Origin: Hyphomicrobiaceae bacterium
GTDB taxonomy: Bacteria > Pseudomonadota > Alphaproteobacteria > Rhizobiales > Hyphomicrobiaceae
DNA length: 58,877 bases
Assembly (NCBI GenBank): GCA_021775735.1
Contig: JAJFHG010000022.1
Span: 1 to 58,877 of the forward strand
Reading direction: 5' to 3'
Shown in pieces: positions 1-8,862 of this stretch; positions within the stretch are counted from its first letter, which is position 1; each line of letters starts with the position of its first letter. Position numbers and translations under genes: made by a program. A model generated the notes under the pieces. The model was not told where the DNA came from. It ran no database searches and saw only the letters and a program-made list of their open reading frames with translations.

Positions 1-330
1 ACTTCGAGGTCGACGGCAGAGAGCCCCCTTTGGACCCGCCGTTGGCCGGGAGACTCATGTGATTCGGGGGGATGCAACAATCGTTGTGGTGGGTTGGGAG
101 GCTGTTCCACGCAGAAGGTGTGGCGCGCTCGCCACGAAAAAAGCCGCAAAGCCCGATTTTTCAGCGGTTTAGGGTTTCGGGCGGCCTCAGGGTCGGACCT
201 GTGGAAACTGTTGATGTGACGGGGTTGATGACAGAATTACAGCCTTCGGGCCCCGTCTAGTGGACCAAAACGGTCATCCGCCATTTTTTGGGATTTGTGT
301 TGGGATATCAAACACCTAAATTCGCCAACC

Positions 331-366
331 AAAACAAAGAAGCCGCTGGATTGCTCCAGCGGCTTC
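331..366 (-). terminator. Rho-independent terminator downstream of the porin gene
   Basis: The hairpin GAAGCCGCTGGA-ttgc-TCCAGCGGCTTC is followed on the minus strand by a T-rich tract (TTTGTTTTGGTTGG). Confidence 0.6.
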
Positions 367-406
367 ATTTGATTTTGTTGTCTCAGCTTGAGATGCTTAC
401 TCAACT

Positions 407-1879
407 TTAGAAGTTGATCAACGCACCAGCTTTGATCAGGTCGAACTCTTCGAGGTCGTTGTTGCCGGCAACCAAACCTGTGGCATTATTACATGCTCCG
501 AAGTTTGTAATGACAGCACCAGGATTACAAGTGACTTCTGGTTCGTAATGGCGCCAGGCGAGCCAGACTGACATGGCCGCCGCGTCGATTTCCTGGACCA
601 CGCCAACTCCGTACCGCTCCAGCTCGGAACTGGTGATGCCGGTGCCGAACATAAGTGTCGACATCTTGTCGCTGTCGTTGCCGTATTCACCGTAGAGAAC
701 GGTATGGCCAAGCGGTGTCCATTTCTGACGGATACCAGCTTTCAGGTACCAGGTATCACCTTCAACCTTGGTATCCCATTCAGCAAATCCGGTGTTAGAG
801 TCATTGATCTCTTCAATGTACGCACCGTAGAGAAAGAGACCCGTTGCAACGTGCTGAATGTAGCCACCAACCTGCCAGGCTCCACCTTCAAAACCAGGTG
901 GCCGATCAGCAAGGCCTAAGGATGTAAAGACCCCACCGACGTTACCTTCGTCAGACGTGTGATTGTAGGCTGCAGCAAGAGCGATCTTAAAGCCTGTAAA
1001 TTCACCAGCATAGCGACCAGACACCGCCCAGTCGTCATCTTCGCCCCAAGAGGCCGAACCTGAGAAGCCAGCAAACGTTGGTGTGTCATAGCGAATGACG
1101 TTCTTTGGATAGCCATCACAGTCACCTGCAACACCGCCGCCACCGTTTCCTGGCGCGTCCGTTAATGGATAGCAGTTTGCAAGTTGCGCGTAGGTTTGGT
1201 TAACCACCCCGAACCCACTCGCGGCCGCGAAGCCACCTGCCGTTAAATTGATGGCACCACCAGCGGAGTTACGTAGACTAAAGCCGTTGATGTCATACAA
1301 AACGTAGTTAGCTTGAATCAGCGAACCAGACCCATCAGGAAGGATGGCTTGGTTGTCGGCAGCCGAGGATTGTTGACCCAACGAAATGCGGCCAAGCTGC
1401 TCACTCTTAATGAACCAATAAGAGCTTTCAATGGTTACATCAGAGAAAACGCCGTTGGCGACAATGGCTTGCGCATTCGCGCCAGCGAAGATGCCGTCAT
1501 CATTGTTTTGGTTCTGAAGCAGAGAGTCATCATTAATCATCTCAATCTTCAACACATAACCAGCTGACCAGCCTGGTGCGATGGTTGCCTGACCGGTGAA
1601 GGCCACGTGCGTACCAATCGAAACAGAACCTGTATCGGTGATGTAGGTGTTGGATTCAAAGCCATCGTCCCAGTAGAGCAACTGTTTGGCGACGAAGCCT
1701 GAGATTGTCAGAGAAACCTTGCGGTTGCCCTTACGTGCCGTGGTGGCTTCAAGCTCAGCGATCCGTTCTTCCAGATCGGCGCAGCAGTTGCCCCCAAAAT
1801 CGGCTGCAGATGCACTTGTTGCTAATCCACCAGCCAAAAGGCCGGCAGCAGCGACAGCGCCTAGTGTCGATTTTAACAT
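407..1879 (-). CDS. Outer-membrane porin of the alphaproteobacterial porin family
   Basis: The 490-aa product has a signal peptide (AAAGLLAGGLATSASA) and an N-terminal coiled-coil segment (IAELEATTARK). The remainder is Gly/Asn/Tyr-rich with beta-strand character and ends in a C-terminal Phe, as expected for a beta-barrel outer-membrane protein. Confidence 0.7.
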   Translation of the reverse strand: MLKSTLGAVAAAGLLAGGLATSASAADFGGNCCADLEERIAELEATTARKGNRKVSLTISGFVAKQLLYWDDGFESNTYITDTGSVSIGTHVAFTGQATIAPGWSAGYVLKIEMINDDSLLQNQNNDDGIFAGANAQAIVANGVFSDVTIESSYWFIKSEQLGRISLGQQSSAADNQAILPDGSGSLIQANYVLYDINGFSLRNSAGGAINLTAGGFAAASGFGVVNQTYAQLANCYPLTDAPGNGGGGVAGDCDGYPKNVIRYDTPTFAGFSGSASWGEDDDWAVSGRYAGEFTGFKIALAAAYNHTSDEGNVGGVFTSLGLADRPPGFEGGAWQVGGYIQHVATGLFLYGAYIEEINDSNTGFAEWDTKVEGDTWYLKAGIRQKWTPLGHTVLYGEYGNDSDKMSTLMFGTGITSSELERYGVGVVQEIDAAAMSVWLAWRHYEPEVTCNPGAVITNFGACNNATGLVAGNNDLEEFDLIKAGALINF

Positions 1880-2373
1880 TTACCTTCTCCCGTCTACTAA
1901 CTTGATGAACGGGTACGCCTGACGAAAGCAACTCAACTCAACTCATACAAACGTCAACGCACTCAACATCTCTCTCAGCGAGTTCCGGACAGACGCCGAA
2001 TCACCGCTTCAGGGAGGGACAATACTGTTAAGAAGCTCTGTTGAAAATGCTTAGTTGGCCTGTGGACGGCGAATCGAAAGGCGATGTGGCGTCTTTGCAA
2101 CGCGCGTCATTCCTACCACCAACCAATTGATAACACGGATAAAATCAGCCTGGCAAGGACGCATTATGGGCTCGCTATAGTCAATTTCAATGCTCATCGT
2201 GCAGAGAATGCAACAGACGGGCTGTGGATAGCGCGGTTTAGACCTCGGGGTGACGCAGGGCCCAATGGCCGACGGCGAAATAGGGTGTGCAGCCCCGTAT
2301 TTGGGCCTGTCCAGCACGACTTTAGGACGGATTGGCCAAAGTAATACCCTGACATTGGGCAAGCGGGTCTTTG

Positions 2374-2457
2374 TCCAACATGCCTTTAGGCAATGTTGGC
2401 TCAGAGTTCACCAAGTCCAACATGCCTTTAGGCAATGTTGGCTCACAGTTCACCAAC
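2374..2457. repeat. Two tandem 42-bp units, each containing a hairpin
   Basis: Units at 2374-2415 and 2416-2457 differ at 2 positions. Each contains the inverted repeat CCAACATGCC-ttta-GGCAATGTTGG. Confidence 0.8.
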
Positions 2458-2553
2458 ACTCAGCAAGCTGGTGTTGGGCTTTCTTCTATTTCTGCCAACA
2501 CTTCCTACCCAGCACAGCGCAAGCGCGTGTTGGAACTAAAGTCGTGTTGGGCT

Positions 2554-2973
2554 CTAGCGTTGATGCTGGCGGATGAAGCGGATCGACAGAAGAGACAAGA
2601 TTACCACCGCAAAGGCCATGCCGTGCGTGACGTTCACCATCATCGGGCGATCAGCGAATGAAGCTTGCACGAAGTGATGGAAAAAATCGGGTTGAAAGCG
2701 TTCAGCTGCCCCATAAAGCGTGCGGTACTGGTCATGGCTGGCATCAAGTAAATTATACGCACCTTTAAGAGCGTTGCCATTGATCCAATCAAACAAGGCA
2801 ATGCCCGCAATCGATAGAGTGCGTGCAACAAAATTCAAATTTTCAACAGCCTCGTTGTAAATAAACAGAAGTGCAAAAATAGCGATATGTACGGTAATAA
2901 AAAACTGCCACAGGAAATCCACCTGAGAGCGTGCGTGCAATATCATCTCAATTAAGGCTTGTTCTTCGATCAT
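2554..2973 (-). CDS. Hypothetical small integral membrane protein
   Basis: The 139-aa ORF has several hydrophobic segments and no motif I can recognise. Confidence 0.4.
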   Translation of the reverse strand: MIEEQALIEMILHARSQVDFLWQFFITVHIAIFALLFIYNEAVENLNFVARTLSIAGIALFDWINGNALKGAYNLLDASHDQYRTLYGAAERFQPDFFHHFVQASFADRPMMVNVTHGMAFAVVILSLLSIRFIRQHQR

Positions 2974-3119
2974 TGCAGGTGGCCTTTATGATGGTCTGTG
3001 TTTTGAGGTCTTGGCGTGCGCGTATCCTAACGCGCGTTATGCGTGTGGCAAGATTATTGAACAGCGCGACAAATGTGGCGTGCCTCAAAACGCCATGAAT
3101 GCATGCGCACAATTGCGAT

Positions 3120-4160
3120 TTATACCTTCGATTTTACGGTGTTGCGCGCCAATTCGCGCATGATGTCTCGCAGGCGTAAGGGTTCGGCGTCAAGGAAGGG
3201 CAGTGGCCGTGTGACGGCAACAGCGGCTGTACCAACGCGCGCTGTGAGCGCTCCATTAAAAACACCTTCGCCAAGCCGACGTGATAAGCGTCGCACCAAG
3301 TCTTGACCTAAAAACTGGCCTAACAAGTCATCTGTTAACGCCAAGCCGCCCGTTGCAAGGATGTGGGTGAACACCATGCGTCCCAATTTGAGCGCACCAA
3401 CGCCGCCAGGACGCGCGCCATAGAGAGTAGCGAGGCCTTTGATGAGGCGTAAGTTTTCAGCGACGACATACAACATCGCCATCCATACCATTGGTGAAAT
3501 AGCGGTCGCGACCGTTACTCGTTTGGCAGATTTGAGGATCAACGCGCGTGCTTTCATGTCGAGCGGGGTCATGACTTCGCGGTCCGCCAACCGCAACAGT
3601 TCGCCCGCATCGCGGATGTCGCCTTGGTGATCTTTCAATCGGGCTAAAGGCCATTTGAGGTCACTGCGGTCGCTATAAAGTGTTTGAAGTCGTTTGATAA
3701 CAGTGCGTTCTTGTCCAAGGTCATCATCGCGCAGCGCTTTGGTAACGGCCGTGCGTAAACGTGATAGACGCGACAGGCGGACAAGCCCGAACAACTCGCG
3801 CACAGCGAGAACCGCAAATGCAATTCCTGCAAGAACGGCGAGCCCAAAGCCGAGCCAGCCAATCCAGTCATCACGCGCCAGCACATGCGATACAAAGCTT
3901 GCAAAGCTGAGCGAGGCTGCAAGAGCGGCAAGGCCCGCGATCGCTGACAGAAGTAACGCGCCCCACTTCATGCTGCGTTTCAGAGCTGGGCCTGATTTTA
4001 CGGATGGGCGCGTTTCATCCTGCGCATCATCGGTTTCATCATGTGCCTGCGCTAGAGATGTGTTGATTTGATCTCCCACGTCAAATTCAACAGAGGGGTC
4101 GTCGGCGGCGACAACATGCGGTTTGCGTCTTGGTGTTTGTGAGGTGGTCATGACAGCCAA
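3120..4160 (-). CDS. ycjF: YcjF-like membrane protein (UPF0283/DUF697 family)
   Basis: The 346-aa product has central transmembrane helices. Its start overlaps the upstream ycjX-like gene by 13 nt, which is the conserved ycjX-ycjF arrangement. Confidence 0.7.
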   Translation of the reverse strand: MAVMTTSQTPRRKPHVVAADDPSVEFDVGDQINTSLAQAHDETDDAQDETRPSVKSGPALKRSMKWGALLLSAIAGLAALAASLSFASFVSHVLARDDWIGWLGFGLAVLAGIAFAVLAVRELFGLVRLSRLSRLRTAVTKALRDDDLGQERTVIKRLQTLYSDRSDLKWPLARLKDHQGDIRDAGELLRLADREVMTPLDMKARALILKSAKRVTVATAISPMVWMAMLYVVAENLRLIKGLATLYGARPGGVGALKLGRMVFTHILATGGLALTDDLLGQFLGQDLVRRLSRRLGEGVFNGALTARVGTAAVAVTRPLPFLDAEPLRLRDIMRELARNTVKSKV

Positions 4161-5641
4161 TCTCCAATCAGGAAATCAAGTGCACGATCAAGACGAATAT
4201 GCGGCCACACTTGTTTTTCATGTGCTCCAGAGCTTGGTGCAAGAGCAGGTGGGGCGAAGCGAATAAAATTTGGCTGCTCCGTATTTGGACTTCGTGCAGC
4301 AACGGCAAGTGCTGCAATTGGGTCGGCGGGTAGATCCCCTGGGAACACTGCGGCTTCTTGTTGTCCATCAAAAACAGTATTGCCAAGGCGTTCTCCAGAA
4401 AGCGGCACGCCGACAATGCACGGCAGCTTATCTTCTCCCTTTTTGATCTTACCTTCGCGTGTCGCGCGCAAAGCAGCGATAGCGGATACCTCAACATTCG
4501 ATCCGGCATTTTCCGCCTTCTCTAAGGCGTTCTCGACCATGACCCGCAAAATTGCTTCCAATCGATCATAGCTGGAGTGAGGGAGGTGGTCGGCTTTCGT
4601 GGCCGTAAATAAGACGCGATCCGTTCGTCTACCAAGAAGCGGAGCCAGCCAACTGTTCGCGCCCGGGCGAAAGGCTTCCAGCACCTGTCCCAATGCCACT
4701 TGCAAATCGGTAACTGCTTCACCTCCAGCGTTGACGGCATTTAACACATCGACCAGCACGACCTGGCGGTCGATGCGGCGGAAGTGATCACGAAAGAAGG
4801 GACGCACAATATGTTCGCGGTAGCTTTCATAGCGCCGCGCCATCATCGCAGCAAGCGATCCTCGTGGAGACGTGCCAAGCCCACGTAAATCTAATGGAAA
4901 GAAAGTGAGCAGGGGGGAGTTTTTTAGATCGCCGGGCATCAAAAAGCGACCAGGGCCGAGTGTTGCAAGCGCATTGGGGATGGACCGCGCGGCGTTTAGA
5001 TAGAGTTTGAAAATCTCAGTGCCCTGGCGTGCAACAGTTTCATCCTCTGGTGCATAGGGGTTTATGTCGCGGGCGTAGTCGAGCCAGGCACTTGCAACAT
5101 CGCGATGACGTTTATCGCGCGCGACATCAATCGCTTCTGCCGACCAGGCCGCAAAGCTTTGCTGCAGCATGGACAAGTCAATCAACCATTCGCCAGGGTA
5201 GTCGATGATGTCGAGATTGAGTTTGCGCACACCGAGTGCGCGGCGCAGCGAGCTCTCGGGCTGATAGGTGAGGACCAATCTTAATTGTGAGATTCGCCGT
5301 GTGCCATTTGGCCAAGTCGGTGGGTCGGTTGTGAGTGTTGCGCGATGACGCTCAAAATCAAATCGAGGCAGGTGATCATCAGGTTGTGGTTCGAGATGGG
5401 TGGAGAGCAAGCGCCCGTCTGCAAGTGGGCCAAAGAAGGGCAACCGACCGCCGTCCAGCAGATTGTGCACCAGGGCCGTCACAAAAACAGTTTTGCCAGA
5501 GCGCGACAAGCCGGTCACGCCAAGGCGCAGCGTTGGTGTCAGGAGGTCAGAGACCACCTCGCCAATGTGCTGCAAGGTTGTTTTTGAGGGTGTTGGTGTG
5601 GGCGTCACGGCAGAACAAGGGACCTCGTTAAGAGAACCCAC
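4148..5641 (-). CDS. ycjX: YcjX-like P-loop NTPase (DUF463)
   Basis: The Walker A region LRLGVTGLSRSGKTVFVTALVHNLL closely matches E. coli YcjX (LRLAVTGLSRSGKTAFITSLVNQLL). The exact start codon is uncertain. Confidence 0.8.
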   Translation of the reverse strand: MGSLNEVPCSAVTPTPTPSKTTLQHIGEVVSDLLTPTLRLGVTGLSRSGKTVFVTALVHNLLDGGRLPFFGPLADGRLLSTHLEPQPDDHLPRFDFERHRATLTTDPPTWPNGTRRISQLRLVLTYQPESSLRRALGVRKLNLDIIDYPGEWLIDLSMLQQSFAAWSAEAIDVARDKRHRDVASAWLDYARDINPYAPEDETVARQGTEIFKLYLNAARSIPNALATLGPGRFLMPGDLKNSPLLTFFPLDLRGLGTSPRGSLAAMMARRYESYREHIVRPFFRDHFRRIDRQVVLVDVLNAVNAGGEAVTDLQVALGQVLEAFRPGANSWLAPLLGRRTDRVLFTATKADHLPHSSYDRLEAILRVMVENALEKAENAGSNVEVSAIAALRATREGKIKKGEDKLPCIVGVPLSGERLGNTVFDGQQEAAVFPGDLPADPIAALAVAARSPNTEQPNFIRFAPPALAPSSGAHEKQVWPHIRLDRALDFLIGDWLS

Positions 5642-5719
5642 GTAGATGACCGCAATTGTGAGCGGCCCGCAATAGCTTTTCGTGCGGTTTAGACCAGTCT
5701 AGAGGTAGAACGAACGTTA

Positions 5720-5806
5720 TTAGCTCGCCAGGACAACGAACACGCCCGCAGCAACGACGGTCAGTGCCATCGCAATAATGCTTCCGGAGCGAAAGAATTC
5801 GACCAT
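5720..5806 (-). CDS. Candidate 28-aa hydrophobic small membrane peptide
   Basis: The ORF encodes MVEFFRSGSIIAMALTVVAAGVFVVLAS and ends in a double TAA TAA stop. A GGAAAC Shine-Dalgarno-like sequence lies 6 nt upstream of the ATG, and the ORF sits about 80 nt upstream of ycjX on the same strand. Confidence 0.25.
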   Translation of the reverse strand: MVEFFRSGSIIAMALTVVAAGVFVVLAS

Positions 5807-6017
5807 TTCGGTTTCCAATTCACAGATGCTCAGTAGTCAGATGCCATCTTAGCAAGAGTCTATGAACCAGAACTGAATAACTGCTACACTGAAAGGATTT
5901 GCTTGGCACTTGTGGTGTTGTTGCCTCGCACGTTCGTCGAAGAGGACGTACGATTCGGGCTCAACACTGTGTGGATAGGCCGTTTGGGTCCGCTGCTGCT
6001 CTGCTTTGACGGCGTTC

Positions 6018-6884
6018 TTAGGTCTCTGAGCGGCGCTGCGCCATGAATGCAAGGCGTTCAAACAGGTGAATATCTTGCTCGTTTTTAAGCAGTGCCCCGT
6101 GCAATGGCGGGATCAGTTTGCGGCCATCCGTTTCGCGCAACGTTTCAGGGGAAATATCTTCGTTGAGTAGAAGTTTGATCCAGTCGAGAAGTTCTGACGT
6201 TGAGGGCTTTTTCTTTAACCCTGGCACATCGCGCATCTGATAGAACACGCGCATCGCTTCGCTGACTAAGCGCGTCTTCAGGCCAGGGAAGTGGACCTCG
6301 ACAATCTCTTGCATCGTGTCGGCATCAGGAAACTGGATGTAGTGGAAAAAGCAGCGCCGCAAAAAAGCATCAGGCAGCTCTTTTTCATTGTTGGATGTGA
6401 TGATCACAATCGGGCGGTTTTTGGCCGATATCGTCTCGCCAGTCTCATAGACGTTGAATTCCATGCGATCGAGTTCTTGCAAGAGATCATTGGGAAACTC
6501 GATATCCGCCTTGTCGATTTCATCAATCAAAAGCACGGGACGCTTGTCCATCGAAAACGCCTGCCACAGCTTTCCTTTTTTGATGTAATTCGAAATATCT
6601 TGGACGCGTTCATCACCAAGTTGACTATCACGCAAACGCGAGACGGCATCGTATTCATAAAGCCCTTGCTGGGCCTTGGTTGATGATTTGATATGCCACT
6701 CAAGGATTGGCACGCCAAGCGCCTTGGCGACCTCAATTGCCAATACTGTTTTGCCGGTTCCAGGTTCGCCTTTGACCAAAAGGGGACGTTCTAGTGTGAT
6801 CGCAGCGTTTACTGCAATTGTGAGGTCGTTCGTCGCCACGTAGTTCTTTGTACCGGCAAATTTTTTGGGCGTGTCTGTGGTCAT
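6018..6884 (-). CDS. MoxR/CoxD-like AAA+ ATPase (AAA_5)
   Basis: Walker A (LLVKGEPGTGKT) and Walker B (LLIDEIDKA) motifs are present. I placed the start at MTTDTPKK (6884), which gives 289 aa. The longer tool ORF extends upstream only because no stop codon intervenes. Confidence 0.75.
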   Translation of the reverse strand: MTTDTPKKFAGTKNYVATNDLTIAVNAAITLERPLLVKGEPGTGKTVLAIEVAKALGVPILEWHIKSSTKAQQGLYEYDAVSRLRDSQLGDERVQDISNYIKKGKLWQAFSMDKRPVLLIDEIDKADIEFPNDLLQELDRMEFNVYETGETISAKNRPIVIITSNNEKELPDAFLRRCFFHYIQFPDADTMQEIVEVHFPGLKTRLVSEAMRVFYQMRDVPGLKKKPSTSELLDWIKLLLNEDISPETLRETDGRKLIPPLHGALLKNEQDIHLFERLAFMAQRRSET

Positions 6885-7004
6885 GCGTCTTTGATCCAGT
6901 TTGTTTTGCCGGCAACTTAAGCAGTGCACGCAACGCCAGCAAGCGCGCTGGGGTGTTTGTTGACGGTTCAAGAGGTGTGTTTCGTCGCAGGCGTGTATAC
7001 ATGG

Positions 7005-7052
7005 ATAAAAAAAGCGCCGTGCCATCTCAGGGGAATGAGACGGACACGGCGC
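7005..7052 (-). terminator. Orphan intrinsic terminator on the minus strand
   Basis: On the minus strand the sequence reads GCGCCGTGTCCGTCTCA-ttcccc-TGAGATGGCACGGCGC followed by TTTTTTTAT. No minus-strand gene lies immediately upstream of it. Confidence 0.55.
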
Positions 7053-7545
7053 TCGAGACACGCCTGGGTTCAATTGGCGTGGCGAACAGCCGATTGAGAC
7101 CAATGTGCCAAATCCGAGTTGCCGTTCATCGTGTCTGGGGGCCTCGGTGGGGGAGACCCAGGAGCAACCGGATATGCACAGTCATTGGTGTGGCTGTCGT
7201 CATGCGGCGCTGAAGCGGGTGAAATGTGTTTTGCCTCATGCCACTTTTCTGTGGTGTTGAGTGAACGCGGGAAGGGTCTACACCCAAGCAACACAACTCA
7301 AGATAGTATTCATGAGTTAAAAGCACGTTAAGGATGAAACCTGCGTTCAGTTTTAGTGCTTCTGCTTCAGGGCCGTCGCTGCAGTATTTCGGTCTAAACA
7401 AGGGATTTCCTCATATTTTGCAGGACTTTGGCCGGATTTCCTTGACTTGGTCACACGCGCGCTTCAAGAGGGGCTCGCCCAATCCATCTCATCGTCAGGT
7501 TTATAAGGGCGCGTACTGAATATTTTGGGCAACTTGGAGGCGAAT

Positions 7546-8259
7546 TTGAGCAAGCAGACCACCAAGAAAAAGTCGGCAAAAAAAGCCAAGACGGCTGCCA
7601 AAAAAGCCGCGCCTGTAAAAAAAGCTAAAAAACCTGCCGTCAAAGCGAAGTCGGGCGCGAAGACGACTGCAAAGAAGGCCGCTCCTAAGACCAGATCCGA
7701 AAAAGCGCCCGCCAAGAAAGCTGCTACCAAAAAGGCGGCTCCAAAGGTTGCAGCCAAGACGGTCCCGGCCAAGAAACCTGCTGTGAAGGCAAAACCAGCA
7801 CCTGCAGCGCCCAAGCCCATTCGCACACGTGCAAAAAAACGCAAACGCGTCGTGCTTCCCGCTGGCTATAGGCCCGGTGAAAATGAGACGTTTATGGATG
7901 ACCGGCAGGTGCAGTATTTTCACGAAAAGCTGGTCAACTGGAAGAGCGACATTATCCGCGATACCAAGGAAACGTTGGCGGGTCTGACTGAAGATTCTAT
8001 ACAACATGCAGATATCGCCGACCGAGCAACATCTGAGACGGATCGAGCTTATGAGCTGCGCGCCAGGGATCGCCAACGCAAATTGGTTTCTAAGATTGAT
8101 TCCGCCCTCGCACGGATCGAGGATGGCTCATATGGTTTTTGCGAAGATACGGGTGAGCCCATTGGTCTGAAACGGCTCGAAGCGCGCCCCATTGCAACCC
8201 TGTCGGTGGAAGCACAGGAACGCCACGAACGCCGTGAGCGCGTATATCGCGAAGATTAG
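7546..8259 (+). CDS. dksA: DksA/TraR-family protein with a histone-H1-like Lys/Ala/Pro-rich N-terminal tail
   Basis: The C-terminal ~130 aa align to DksA (YGFCEDTGEPIGLKRLEARPIATL compared with E. coli [24 protein letters not shown]). The N-terminal ~105 aa consist of AKKAAPVKKAKKPAVKAK-type repeats. I chose the TTG at 7546, which lies 5 nt after a GGAGG; the tool ORF begins at the TTG at 7525. Confidence 0.75.
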   Translation: MSKQTTKKKSAKKAKTAAKKAAPVKKAKKPAVKAKSGAKTTAKKAAPKTRSEKAPAKKAATKKAAPKVAAKTVPAKKPAVKAKPAPAAPKPIRTRAKKRKRVVLPAGYRPGENETFMDDRQVQYFHEKLVNWKSDIIRDTKETLAGLTEDSIQHADIADRATSETDRAYELRARDRQRKLVSKIDSALARIEDGSYGFCEDTGEPIGLKRLEARPIATLSVEAQERHERRERVYRED

Positions 8260-8497
8260 CTAGCACTCTGTCGACGGTTCGGTCCGCGCCATCAGCTGTT
8301 TGCCACACCAAGCCCCGGTATTCAGGGCTGCAAATCCGTCTAGCATTGAAGACCTGAAAAATCGTATCCAGTCCCAGTCAAAGCGGTTTGATGGTCGTGT
8401 TTAGTCAGTTTGAGACACAAATTAAGACGACGGTAATCTTTTCAGCCGACAGTGAGTGCTGATGATGCAACTCGCGAGCCTGAAGGATCCATCACCG

Positions 8498-8766
8498 TGA
8501 AGAAAAGTTTCTGGGAAGAAAATATTTGTCGCTGGAAACGTACGGTTGGTCTTTGGTGTTGCTTGATGCTCGGCGTCGTGATGGCCGCCAATTCCACGGA
8601 CACACGCACCAAACCGCCTCACGTGATCGCTTCTGTCAGTGGCCAGGTTTCTTTGGTGCCGGTTCATGCGACAGCGCACAATATCAATCCAAGCGTGACG
8701 CTGAGCTATTCAACACTTGATGTTACAGGGTTGAATGCATCGGCTTATGGTGATGTTGAATTTTAA
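8498..8766 (+). CDS. Candidate small secreted protein
   Basis: A GTG start lies 9 nt after AAGGA. The N-terminus looks like a signal peptide (KKSFWEENICRWKRT plus the hydrophobic VGLWCCLMLGVVMAA). There is no recognisable domain. Confidence 0.25.
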
Positions 8767-8862
8767 AGACATACCAATTTAACGTCGTCTGACCTCAAGC
8801 GTCGCCCCGCCAACGGTTTCAACACGCACTTTCATGGATGTGTCGTCAGTTTTACTGACGGT

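Noticed and set aside
2250-2661. Plus-strand ORFs encoding repeated NMPLGNVGS peptides.
   Set aside because: They are generated by the 42-bp tandem DNA repeat. There is no RBS and the translation has no protein-like character.
6885-7103. A 73-codon N-terminal extension of the MoxR-like ORF (MVSIGCSPRQ...) as given by the ORF track.
   Set aside because: The region is Cys/Arg-rich and low-complexity with no RBS. The ATPase N-terminus aligns from MTTDTPKK at 6884, and the extension exists only because no stop codon happens to occur.
7464-8076. Minus-strand ORFs 7464-7844 (126 aa) and 7501-8076 (191 aa), opposite the dksA-like gene.
   Set aside because: They are mirror-frame artefacts of the K/A-rich repeat (Ala/Phe/Leu-rich translation) and are entirely antisense to a well-supported gene.
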